Part shown: piece after piece, positions 52,817-64,000 of the stretch | Numbering within the stretch: the first letter of the stretch is position 1 | How the letters are laid out: every line of letters starts with the position of its first letter | From: Bigelowiella natans CCMP2755 | Lineage: Eukaryota; Protista; Cercozoa | Assembly: GCA_000320545.1 (NCBI GenBank) | Contig: ADNK01001816.1 | Coordinates: forward strand, 62,001-126,000 | DNA: 64,000 nt | Direction: 5' to 3' | The notes under the pieces: generated by a model | The model's input: the letters and a program-made list of their open reading frames with translations, nothing else | Database searches by the model: none | What the model was told of the DNA's origin: nothing | Position numbers and translations under genes: made by a program

Positions 52817-54425
52817 GATGATTGATTGCATATTAAATGGATCTGTCACACGATCATGCGGGTAAAAACTCTGGCTGCTGCTGCTGCAAAGGTTGCTATG
52901 TTCTCATGTTTGAGTCCAGGAACAGTACGTGCAATCATCCCCATCACCATCCCATCTTATCCTAACCCCATCATCATCTCTCTTAGTAGTAGTAGTAGTA
53001 GTAATAATAATAGAAGGCAACTTATGTAATTAATCATGCTTAAGACATACTCTACTACTCACCCTTAAAGCGGTCATCGTGCCAGTAAAGAAGTATTTAT
53101 GTTTCTATGTATGCTCTCTCTCTTTATGCATAGAACAATACTGTATTCTTTCTCATCATCATTTGGTAAGATCATCCTTATAATCTTAAATTATGGAACT
53201 TTGTACGACTGATTGATAGTTACACTGTGTGTTATAATTTTGGCAATACTGATTAGTATCTGAAACCACATTGTGGGCCAATCAATATTCGTCTTACTTG
53301 TCATTTGGGTGTGTGTGATGATAAAGATGATGATGATCATAATAGCGATGATGATCATCAGATATTACAACCGACAGAAATGACACGCACAGAATGTGCG
53401 TCCAACCTAGAGTATTATAAATTTTATTACAAATCCTTCTCGGCGCTAAAAATGAGTTTGTCATCATCGTCGTGAACATATCACTATCTCCTCACCCAGC
53501 ATCATATACAGGTTTAATTATTCCGGAAAATGTTACCATAAGGGTGGGTCAGTAGATTGGTGTTGTGAATCATATTTTTTCACAATCATCCACTGTACAT
53601 ATAAGGTGGGGGGGGGGGGAGTAGAATGATGTTAGCAGTGAATCCGAACTATAATTGTTATCTGTGTAGTTGTCTTTCGAGCATTGATGATGGTGTCAGT
53701 AGAAGGAAGTTGTAGTAAGCATGGTGGAGACAATTAATGTATTATGATAAAAGAGGGTGCATACGAATGTCGTTTCACCACATATTGTATGTGAAATGAA
53801 TGTTACCTGTCTATATTCTAAATCGTAACCTCGTCACTCAAAATGTAGTAAGTTTTTCATAGTGTGGATGAATGGTAGATATAACCGTCTACTGACTCTA
53901 ATCCATTCGTTGTGCTACAGGTTGGTGATGAATGGCGAACATGGGAAGAAGGAAAATGTTTGCTATTTGATGATTCTTTTGAGCATGAGGTAATGAGGTA
54001 GGTAGATTATGAGGTTAATATATCAAACTAATCGTAATTCGTAGTACAAATGTGACTGCATCATGTTTTTAAAGTATAGAACTACTGTAATATTGTCTAT
54101 ATGGAGATATATTACTAAGTATGCGACTAATCGATATTATAGGTGAAACACGACGGGGATAGTGAGAGAATTGTCCTTTTGGTAATGAAACTTTTAGTAG
54201 TGTGAGTCATCCTAGTTTATTCATACAAGGATATCTAATAGAACAGCCATGTGCCGTTCAATGATATTGCCAAGTACGTGTTATCTTCCATAAATAAATT
54301 AGATGAACCTATGGCATCCAACTATCCGTAAAGAAAATTGGGATTCACTCGCTTTTCAAGCCAGACAAGCACGCCAAGTCACTATATTCTGTCTAATTCA
54401 ACGAAGTCGTTGTTGTCAGCGTTAA
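50454..54425 (+). CDS. Aspartyl/asparaginyl beta-hydroxylase-like 2OG-Fe(II) dioxygenase with N-terminal leader
   Basis: VAMFSCLSPGT|YLKPHCGPINIRLTCHLG|LIIPENVTIR|VGDEWRTWEEGKCLLFDDSFEHE|VKHDGDSERIVLL|MNLWHP matches AspH catalytic-domain motifs; upstream PWSKPW-like and VCPYT exons. Confidence 0.9.
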
Positions 54426-55755
54426 CGAGCACAGGATGCATGATATATCAATGCCTCACTATATTTTCATTTGATAATTATTTAGACCCGCAATGAACTA
54501 CAGGAATACTTCGAAAGGCAATCTGCGAGATCCAATAAGCGATTAAATTGATCAAATATAAATCAAAGCTTGCAAAGTGCATGCAATGTTGTACCAATTT
54601 CTACACTTACTTCATGAGTATGCATGTTGATTTTTTTTAAATACTTACGATCAGTCGTACAATGTCCAAAATGAAGACTAAACCGAGATAAGAATGTATA
54701 ACAGACATGGCGATCTAGCGATGTGTTGCATGCGCAAGCCTACAATGACATCACAAGTCTCACATGTGACTAAGCTCATGCTAGCATGTGTGCTTCACAA
54801 CACGCACAACTCCGTCAAACATGTGCACGCACAGTGCTAGAGCTGGAGTGCTAGAGCGGGCCCCATGTGCACATTGCTAAAGCTAAAGTGCTGGAGAGCT
54901 GCGGTGTCACATTTAGCTAGCTAGCAAGCTAGATACATCTAATTCCATTCCATCACTACTAGACTAGATCAGCATGCACCGTCTGTTAGCACTGTTTAGC
55001 TCCACCAACTATACTAGTACATTCTAGCATTTGAACTTTGGCCACTGCTGCGAACATGACAACATTTAGCGCGGGTGCATCTATGCGCATGCCTAGATGC
55101 TAGTAGATGAATGTGATGATGATGCACAATGACACGTGGCACATTGTGATGTCATCATGTAGACTACTGGTCATGTAGATGTCCTAGCTAGAGAACATGC
55201 TGTGTGTTCTGATCGAACCTGGGTGCGCTCTGTAGCCTACAGGGCTACACAGGCATGCCGTCTAGCCGTGCATCTAGACGTGCTCTAGCATCAGCTTGTC
55301 ACGCATATGCACGTATAACGCTAGTGTAGCTAGATAGGCAATGGGCATCTTTTCAGAAGATCGTGTGTGGCTTAGGTTACGACAATATTTAGGGAATGCA
55401 TGAATTTTGGATGCTGCTCTCTCGGTCAAGTTTGGGACTGCATGTAGTAATACACGATGATGAGCAAATTGGTGACAGGTTAATAGCTTTGCACAAGGTA
55501 ACAATGCACTCTACATATGTTCTGTTTTAAGCTATTGTTCATCGTCAATACACATCTAACATGCACACATGGAAAATGAGGATCTGTTGATCAAATGAGA
55601 CTGAGATACGCAGCTGCACATGTGAAATACGATGTAGCACCATTATACGTCGTTTACATCTACTACAAACAGTTTCATCGTTGACTAGATTTCTGAACGC
55701 AAATTTTCGTTTGAATCATCATCATCATCATCATCATCATAATGATCATTAAGCA

Positions 55756-55979
55756 TCATTCTTGTGCTCCAAGTCCGCCCGATAAGAACCAGGAACGAAA
55801 TTCTTCGAAGTCTATTTATAGCACATCAATTTGAATTACAAAAAGAATATGCAATTAACATAGCAGAAGCTATTATCTTGGGCTTGAATTAAGGGTAACT
55901 ACCTAAAAGATCCGTTTCTGATTTTTCGCTTCTTTTAAAGCAATGCTGCGCCGTTGCATACCCAACCTGAGAAAGTATA

Positions 55980-56020
<41 letters not shown>

Positions 56021-56304
56021 TTGCACATGTTTGACACAATATATACTAAATTTGCACCACTCCAACGACTACTAATACTACTATTATTACTACCAGCAAG
56101 AAAACAATCTCCTAATACTTAGTTCTACTACTGCTGCTAGTAGTAGTAGTAGTAGTTGTTGTTGTTGTAGTAGTAGTAGTAGTAGTGGTAGTAGTTGTGG
56201 TAGTAGTAGTTTTCTTAAGTAACTTCTGAATCTAACGGTAAAATTCAATTGAAATGGCAGTTAAATAGCAGCAGTAGCAGCACCAATCACACATATCACA
56301 CCAC

Positions 56305-56349
<45 letters not shown>

Positions 56350-56399
56350 ATCATTATAAATTGTAGCACTTTTGATATGGCCGACAGCAATATTACATG

Positions 56400-56437
<38 letters not shown>

Positions 56438-58226
56438 ACAGACAGTGCAAGTTAATAAAAAACAACTTCTTCTGGAGTGAGCAAAGGCTCGCCCATCGAT
56501 TCCTTCTCCTCCTCCTCCTCTCCAGCTTCCTCTTCTTCTTCTTCTTGTTCTAATTCTTCCGTTTTATGTTCTGATCTGTATGAAGTATATTCGCAACGAA
56601 AACGGGAGGAGTTGGGGTATGGGCTGACAGTTAAGATCAACCATGCATCTTGAATAAGAACACAACATATATTTAATGTCACGTTCAACGTCGATGATAT
56701 TTTATCTTATATGTTCCGGATGATGCAGGTAGTGCTATGGTACTAAATATTTTCTCATTATCATTATCATCATCATTAGCAGCAGCAGCAGCATTGATTG
56801 AGCTACCGTAGGAATCCTTTGTGTTTGTGAGGGTCTATGGCAAAAGAAACCTTCATAAAAGATCCAAAATACTCCGAAAGGTCCTCAAAGGACATCATCA
56901 TCTTTTTCTCATCATCATCATCATCATCGTTTCGTTCTCGTCGCTTGAAAATCTCAAAGGCTGCACGTATTTTGGTCGAGCTGATAGTATACACACCATA
57001 CACAGAAGAAGAACCGAGTAATCAAGATGTTATCATCCACCAACAAGCTTCAGTGGCATGCCTCCTCCTCCCCCCTCCTCCTCCTCCTCCTCCTCTTCGT
57101 AGTACCTTGTTCCCTGGCAAAGAAAGCTCATGCCAGCTAATATACTTCGAATCTTTACACGAGGAGGAGGGGGGGGGGGAGGAGGGGAAGGAGGGGGCAA
57201 CGTTGTCCTACTGCTATCCTTCCATCTTTTTTTAATAAGGCCATCCTTCTGTGACTCATGCTCCAGCTTCACTGTTCATCATGAGAGTTATGATAGTAGT
57301 AGTAGTAGTAGCAGAAGGAGGGGGGGGCGGGGTTGTGATGATCGATCATAATGCCAATGATGACGACGATGATAATAGTGATAGCTGACGACATAGTGCT
57401 AAGCATTTCCTTTCAGTGTAGTAGTAGTAGTAGTAGTAGTAGTAGTACTCACAAGTGATGATGCTGATGTTTCTATTGAATGCTCACACATCATCGTCAT
57501 ATACATACATACATACATACATACATACATGCATACCCCTGTTATTGCGCCTTCTGAACAACTTAAAAATCTCCTGAGCTATTAACCTTCCATTGTGTCT
57601 ATGAAGCAGCAGCAAAATGATACAGCAGCAATTTGTAATTCAGTAAAAAACTGACTGTCGCTGCTGCTTTTGTCCTTCGTCGTCGTTGCCACTTGTTTGT
57701 GGGAATTTACAATTTAGGTTTAGATATGTTGTTGATGATGTCCTGATGATGAATCAAAAACAAGACGATGACAACGAGAGGAACAACTACCTAAGGTACA
57801 AGTGGGAACTAGCTTCATCTTCGTCATTGTCCTTCACAGTAGTAGCACCCACAATCTCGATTTGTAGCAACCTCTCAAACTTGTCTAAAAACTCCTAAAT
57901 AAAATATAAAATATCATGTGAGGAGGGGGGGGGGGGGGGGGGAGTAACTCTTTTGGTGTGATTATTATTCCCTTATTACCTTTTGGAACGTCTTATATCA
58001 TGTAGTGTGTGCTGCATGCGTGTGTGTAGCCATCATGTGTTAGGCCGTAGCAAGTGCTAGACTTACACACGATTATACAACATATACGGAGACATGTGGT
58101 GGCACATTATTATTTTAGTTTATTGCTATTGTATGCGGCCCTGTAGATAGTATCAATGCACGCACGTACTACTACTACACCACCTTTTGCTCTATGTATT
58201 GACTTCTCCTGAGAAGGAAGGGAGCA

Positions 58227-58260
<34 letters not shown>

Positions 58261-58390
58261 CATTAGTGTGGTAATGTGATGAATGACCATAATTGAGAAC
58301 GGTGTGTGGGCAATCAATCATTGAGGCTTCAATGCGATCATTACCAACATTAGCTGTCACAGGAGTCTAAACCCATTTTCCAATAACAAC

Positions 58391-58425
<35 letters not shown>

Positions 58426-58620
58426 ATCTTCTTCAGTTCTCTCTCCTCCTCCTTCCAACTACTAATGACAAGCTTAATTATACGGGAGGAGCATCTCTTC
58501 TAACAAAAATCAGATAAGAAGGTACTAGTACCACTTCCAAAAGTGTATTAACGTGAATAACTTCAAAGACTGGTTGCTCTGTCATTAGCTTTTGCAGGAT
58601 GGTTTCGTATCCACCGTCCT
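55756..58620 (-). CDS. EF-hand (recoverin/calcineurin-B-like, degenerate) protein; 5' end uncertain (to ~59.0 kb)
   Basis: Exons LIAQEIFKLFRRR, SILAGMSFLCQG, KIRAAFEIFK...MSFEDLSEYFGSFMKV, VGYATAQHCFKRS...IFL|DFEEFRSWFLSGG; stop at 55756-55758. Confidence 0.7.
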
Positions 58621-59404
58621 ATCCGAAAAGAAGAAGATCAAAAAGAAAAAAGATTTTACTCAAAAATATATCATAATACAGAATTATTAATTTTGATTGA
58701 TTGTCAGTGACTAAGTGCTAGCTAAATCGTCACCTCCCCGACTACTCCGTTTTCATCATCACCATCATTATCATCATCCCTGAGAATATGCTGCCTTTGC
58801 CTATATTTGTCGTCTGCGAAGTTTTGAATTATTTCCATCATCGTCATCATCAAGCAGTACCATTTTTTTTACTATTTCAATTTGACCACAATTTAGGATA
58901 GGTACCAGCCGTATCATTGGGTAAGGACAAGCGATACACTCCTCCTCCCTTTGGTGTTGTAGTATAATGTCTTCTTCTTGTTGTTATTGTTCGTCTTCGT
59001 TCTTCGGAAAAGTCTGATTATGTTGTGTAGCATAGCAAAACGATGTTTGGAAACAACACATGATAACCATCAATCGAAAGAAGACATCATTTAAGCATGG
59101 TCAATGTTAACTAATCGTTCAGACAAGGCACAATAAGAGGAATAAGCGAGATAAGTTTCAGAATTTTTTTAAGCTTTATTCCATTGATCCAGGTTTTCAT
59201 GAGAGGTCTTTGAATAGAAGAAACTTTTACATTTGTGGCATTAAAGCACTCTAGTTATTTATCATAACCATACTGAGTAACAGCTGAACCTTTCTCAGCA
59301 TCATCATTTGCCTCCTCTATGTTTCGTGACCAATCGGAAGCTTCAGGCTATATAACAAGACAACAAAGGGAAGAACCTTCAAGCTGAGAAATAAGTTAAC
59401 AATT

Positions 59405-59684
59405 TTGGTTGTTGTACTGTAACAATTTATAATCGCAGAATGTTTTCCCCTATACACCGATTTTCTCATATTGGTTGTTGTACTGTAACAATTTATAATC
59501 GCAGAATGTTTTCCCCTATACACCGATTTTCTCATATTGGTTGTTGTACTGTAACAATTTATAATCGCAGAATGTTTTCCCCTATACACCGATTTTCTCA
59601 TATTGGTTGTTGTACTGTAACAATTTATAATCGCAGAATGTTTTCCCCTATACACCGATTTTCCCATATTGGTTGTTGTACTGT
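59405..59684. repeat. 66-bp near-perfect tandem minisatellite, ~4.2 copies
   Basis: Unit ttggttgttgtactgtaacaatttataatcgcagaatgttttcccctatacaccgattttctcata at 59405, 59471, 59537 and 59603, with a partial copy at 59669. Confidence 0.96.
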
Positions 59685-61106
59685 TCTCACCCACAGTTAC
59701 AATTCAGAGTGTCATAATATATCTCTCCTTCCTCTTAGTTCTGAGTGTTTTTTAACCGGGTGCGGTGCAATTCTAGCTTCCTTCTTACACAAGAACATGC
59801 ACATGCACATGCACATAGTAGGTAGTACACAATGTAGTACCGGGTCTACAGCTGCCTGAAGATAGTAATCTTTCTCATCATCGATATTTCCTGAAATCAT
59901 TGTCAGCATATCGGTTGAACGAATCTCGCATGTACTACTATGTACGCACTGGGCTATATTATAACAATCAATTTCCTTAGCTTAACAAACTGATTTACCT
60001 CCATATTTATGGTTGTCTTTCTCGTGTTTAAGAACCAGTAAAGAATAGGTTTCGGAGGGGGAAAACTAATTTAAAAGAATAAATACACTAATCATGATAG
60101 CTGCCGGCAATGATAACAATGGGGGCTTGTATATTTAGGTTGCAAAGTGCTGCATCACCAACGCAGGATCCAAAGCCACAAGTTTCAGAGGCGACGCAAT
60201 ATTTGCTGAGCAGGTTCATAAGCGTGAGGTGGGGGATTGCTATGATCATAATAAGCATTGGTGTTGCCAAAGATATGGTTAAAAAATGTGTAAAAAGAGT
60301 GGATGTAATATTTCTCACTCAATTAAGTTAGTTGTTTTTGTTTAGTTTAGAGTTGGTGAACGCTGATGCATGCTGCTTATAATAACTATTATTACTACTA
60401 CTTTGGATTCCTAAGACTCCTGCGATCGCATCTCTATCATTGAGGTTAAAAATGTCTTTTAACATCGTCTCTAGTTCCTAATTCATAAGGGGTAAAAACG
60501 ATGAGCATCATATTTGATTTCAGTAGGAGATCGTCTTGTGTATTTATTAAAGAAGCATATTTGCTAGGACTTCGCATTTTAAGGGAAAAATTGAATTTAG
60601 TGCCACTAACTACCTTTAGTTTCATTTCAGGATCAAAGATAATATCCTAAAGAGAAGTGTGTTTGTTAGATACGGACGTATCCTTGAAAAAAAATGTAAA
60701 TTCTAAGCTCCAGTATTTCTGCTGCATCTGTTTGAGAAATGAGCAGTGTTGAATGTAATTGGAACTCTTTAGCACAGCACATGCATTTCATTTTTTTCTT
60801 TGCAGCGTTACTGCACATTTAGCCCAGAGAATCATTTACCCACGGCCGACAACATGTAGTGTAACCATCACCTTTCTCTTGAGATTGTACTGGAAACGCA
60901 AACGTGAAGAAGGTTGCGTTTGAACAAGATCGGTTAGATTGTTCGTGCTATAATTCACTTTTCTCATTACTTTTCTTCAGTTCTATTGGAATTTGGATGG
61001 ATGTATGTTATTTTTATATTATCGGTACGCTGGTACTCGTAGGGGGGAGGAAGAAGAAGCAGTTTGAGTTCTTAAATGTTGATGTTGATGATGATGATGA
61101 TCAGTT

Positions 61107-61269
61107 GCATGAATTCTACTTAGAATCTATGTTACCAGATGAACGACGACTAATTATTAATAAGCGACATGTTTTGATATTGTCGCAGCATGAATTCTAC
61201 TTAGAATCTATGTTACCAGATGAACGACGACTAATTATTAACAAGCGACATGTTTTGGTATTGTCGCAG
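61107..61269. repeat. 81-bp tandem duplication
   Basis: gcatgaattctacttagaatc...tattgtcgca at 61107 and 61188, two mismatches. Confidence 0.95.
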
Positions 61270-61393
61270 GAAGAATCTCAAACCGTAGCCTTTTTCCCGG
61301 TTTTGTATTGTCGCAGAAAGAATTTGACCACGATTTCTTCAGTTTAAAACCTACATTGCCTTGCGATCATTCTCCATTCTAACGTCTGTCATC

Positions 61394-63600
61394 ATGGCTC
61401 CTTCTTCGCCCCCATCGCTCCGACGTCAGCCCTCGTGGACTCGAAACACACCTAAGGATCTTATTAATTCCGGAAAACTTGGAAAGATTGTGGTTGAATA
61501 TTTCCTTACTACAGTCGACCAGAAATATGAAATTATCCTTCGGGTAGGTGTCTAGTCTTTGAGTATTACTCAATGAATACATGCACATGATCATCATCTG
61601 CTTACTCGTAGGACATTCGAAGCTCTATTGAAACCCTAACCGGTATCACCTTCGTTGTGTTGCTCGTTACATTAATTTGTACGGGCTCTTGGTTAATTGA
61701 AGCTCACAGAGGACCAACATACATTACATCGATCGACGACTTCTTGCGTCTCAATAATGATCCCGGAAAATCATTTAAGTATGTAGTCCTGGCAGTACCT
61801 GGATATGGACTCCGCACGATGAACAAGTTCCACAAATTCGTGAAGGTTAGGACATATTCAGAGATACCTTCACCGGAGTTAGATCGCATCACTAACAGCC
61901 TTCCGTCAAGGTATGTTGTATATTCTCCGAAAACCACATCGAGTGATAAAAAAAATTATAAGGCAAGGGGTAGTAGCAGTAATAGCAAAAGAGGCATAGT
62001 GGTGCGATTTCCCGTAAAATGGAGCAACAGTGTTGTTGGGTCCAGGGTTCTCGATGTTGATTTGATGAAACTGCGGCGAAAGACTATAAGTTGCATGAAA
62101 GAAAAACTAGACAGCAGCAGCAGATTGCAGCAGCTGAGAATGGAGGAGGAGGGTGATGAGGAGTACGACATACAACAATATGAAGGAATGAACAGAGCAG
62201 ACTTGGTAAAATTAATTAGAGCACAATATGAAAAATATCCTCTTCAATTCAATCAAGACGTTTTGACCCCTTGTGGAGTAGTTATTGGGTTTTTCTCTGA
62301 CTTTCCACACGGCGACTTATTGCCTCTTAATGAGAGGTACCTTACTCAAAAGATTATGCTGGATGCAACAGGGCAATTTTTTAGTGTTAAATCTCTCCTG
62401 AAGTATCTCTCGCCGTTCTGTCTGTGTTTGCTTGTAGTGTCTATGGCTATACTTAGATATCTCCAGACTCACATTTTGAAACAAAAAATGAAAAATGAAA
62501 ACAACAACATGGCTATACCACAATGGGCAGTTAGGGAACTTAGAATGCTTAGATGCAATGAAGTGGTCGACAACAAGATTTACGCCAACTTCACATACCC
62601 ACAATTGCTTTCTGAAATGGACTCTTTTGTTCACAAACTTCAAGCTAGTTCTGATGATGGAGTATCACCTGTGTTGGATGTTGGGAAAAGCAGAATATAT
62701 TATATAAAAGAATTAAAAGTAATATTATGTAGGTATGCAAGTGAGGATCAGGATGATGTACATATGGCAACAAAACATCCCCCATTTCGTATAATACCGA
62801 TGGATAGGGTTGTGCGCTACAGAAGTGTTGATACACAGTGTATCGATTTAGAGTGGGGAGATGGGAAAAGAAAAACGATTAGACTACCTAAGGGTATTAG
62901 CAGCAATTCTAGCAGCATTAGCGCCAAAATGCTAGTAGACATTCATCAAAAACTAGACCCTGAATGGGCTGTCAGATATGAGAACCGTTTGCTCAAAGAT
63001 GAGCAAGAAGCAAAAAAGGCAGAACTCAAGCGTATGGAAAGTGAGGAGAAGTTCATGGACTCAAGTCGCACAATTGAGGATAGGCTGAAGGATACACCAG
63101 CTTCTAGACTAGAAAGGGCTCAAATGAGAAACAATGCTCTCGATTATGAAGAATGGCTGGAATCTGAGAGAAAGAGAAGGGTACAGCAGCAGAAAATACA
63201 GAAAGAATCTAGTGGTAGTTCAGGCATAAAGGAGGAGGAGAAGAAGGAGGAGAGCAGCAGGGAAGCTAAGAATGAAACGAATAAAGAGCAGCACCAGCAA
63301 GAATCTGATCTTAAGGAGTGCACATTTACAACGCTATGTGCGATCTGCCAAGATGACTTCGGGGAAGGCGACATCATTGTTCGTTGGCCTTGTGTATCAC
63401 TTCACTCGTATCATGAGGATTGTGCGCTTAAATGGGCTAGAAAGCGAAATACATGCCCTTTATGTCGGTTCGAAATACAAGCTGCTCCTTCAGAGAGAGG
63501 GTTTGTGTATGGTCTACTAAATAGAGCACTTTCTATTCAACGGGCAACACAACGTCGTTCAGTAGAAATTAGGGAAGGAGAGGCTGTGATCTCTAGCTAG
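61394..63600 (+). CDS. Membrane-anchored RING-H2 E3 ubiquitin ligase-like protein
   Basis: Short exon MAPSSPP...YEIILR|gt...ag|DIRSSIET... joins a 2-kb exon. Two hydrophobic segments and a coiled region precede CAICQDDF...WPCVSLHSYHEDCALKWARKRNTCPLCR. Confidence 0.92.
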
Positions 63601-64000
63601 TGGCAGAAGGGCTACGTACTGCTGCAATTATATCGAGGATAATACCGATGAAGGAACTCATGAGACTTATTGGTAAGTAAGCCAAGGCAGTAGTGCATGT
63701 CGCTACATGCATGCATGCATGCATGGTGACAGTTGTTGAAACAAAAACGGCATAGTCATGTTGAACGTGAATGCCATATGATACTCCGCACACCGTGATG
63801 ATGAGACCACTTCTAAACAAAACCGCACATTATGGATATGTATACATATAATCATATTGCTATATGTCTATATATATTGTGCATGATGGCGTTTGCGTGG
63901 TACTAAAGCAGAAAGACTACTGCTCAGAATATTCTATAGCGCACGCGCAAAAATCTCAATCGCGGAAAAACAATTTTTGGTCAATTACACTAGATCTAAT

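Noticed and set aside
59405-59684. CRISPR-like array
   Set aside because: Units are contiguous and identical with no unique spacers, no cas genes are present, and the context is eukaryotic.
703-63820. Most short ORFs with poly-H/I/L/M/Y/CV/RE runs
   Set aside because: They are translations of intronic microsatellites or antisense shadows of real exons.

Overview
Nuclear DNA of an intron-rich microbial eukaryote. GT-AG introns are full of di- and trinucleotide microsatellites, and many exons are only 20-70 nt. Several proteins carry signal-peptide plus Ser/Arg-rich leaders, so this is probably an alga with a complex plastid (chlorarachniophyte-like; inference). Splicing exons by hand gives 14 supportable genes in perfectly alternating orientation: hypothetical (-), UIM/DUF4796/SEP fusion (+), CPFS thioredoxin-like (-), WS/DGAT (+), alpha/beta hydrolase (-), GH47 mannosidase (+), NTF2-like (-), TrmH (+), LRR (-), MenA (+), HMG-box (-), AspH-like (+), EF-hand (-), RING-H2 (+). 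The most notable signals are: (1) TpA-to-CpA/TpG erosion confined to convergent intergenic DNA and seen directly between two duplicated copies; (2) strict head-to-head/tail-to-tail gene order, with a recurrent TAGATCTA palindrome upstream of starts and purine-pyrimidine-alternating tracts between 3' ends; (3) a UIM + MKRN2OS-like peptidase + SEP fusion suggesting a p97-linked deubiquitinase; (4) tandem duplications of splice sites that could create new or recursive introns; (5) complementary microsatellite pairs inside introns. No rRNA, tRNA, CRISPR array or transposase was recognised. Gene models are manual and some terminal exons are uncertain.
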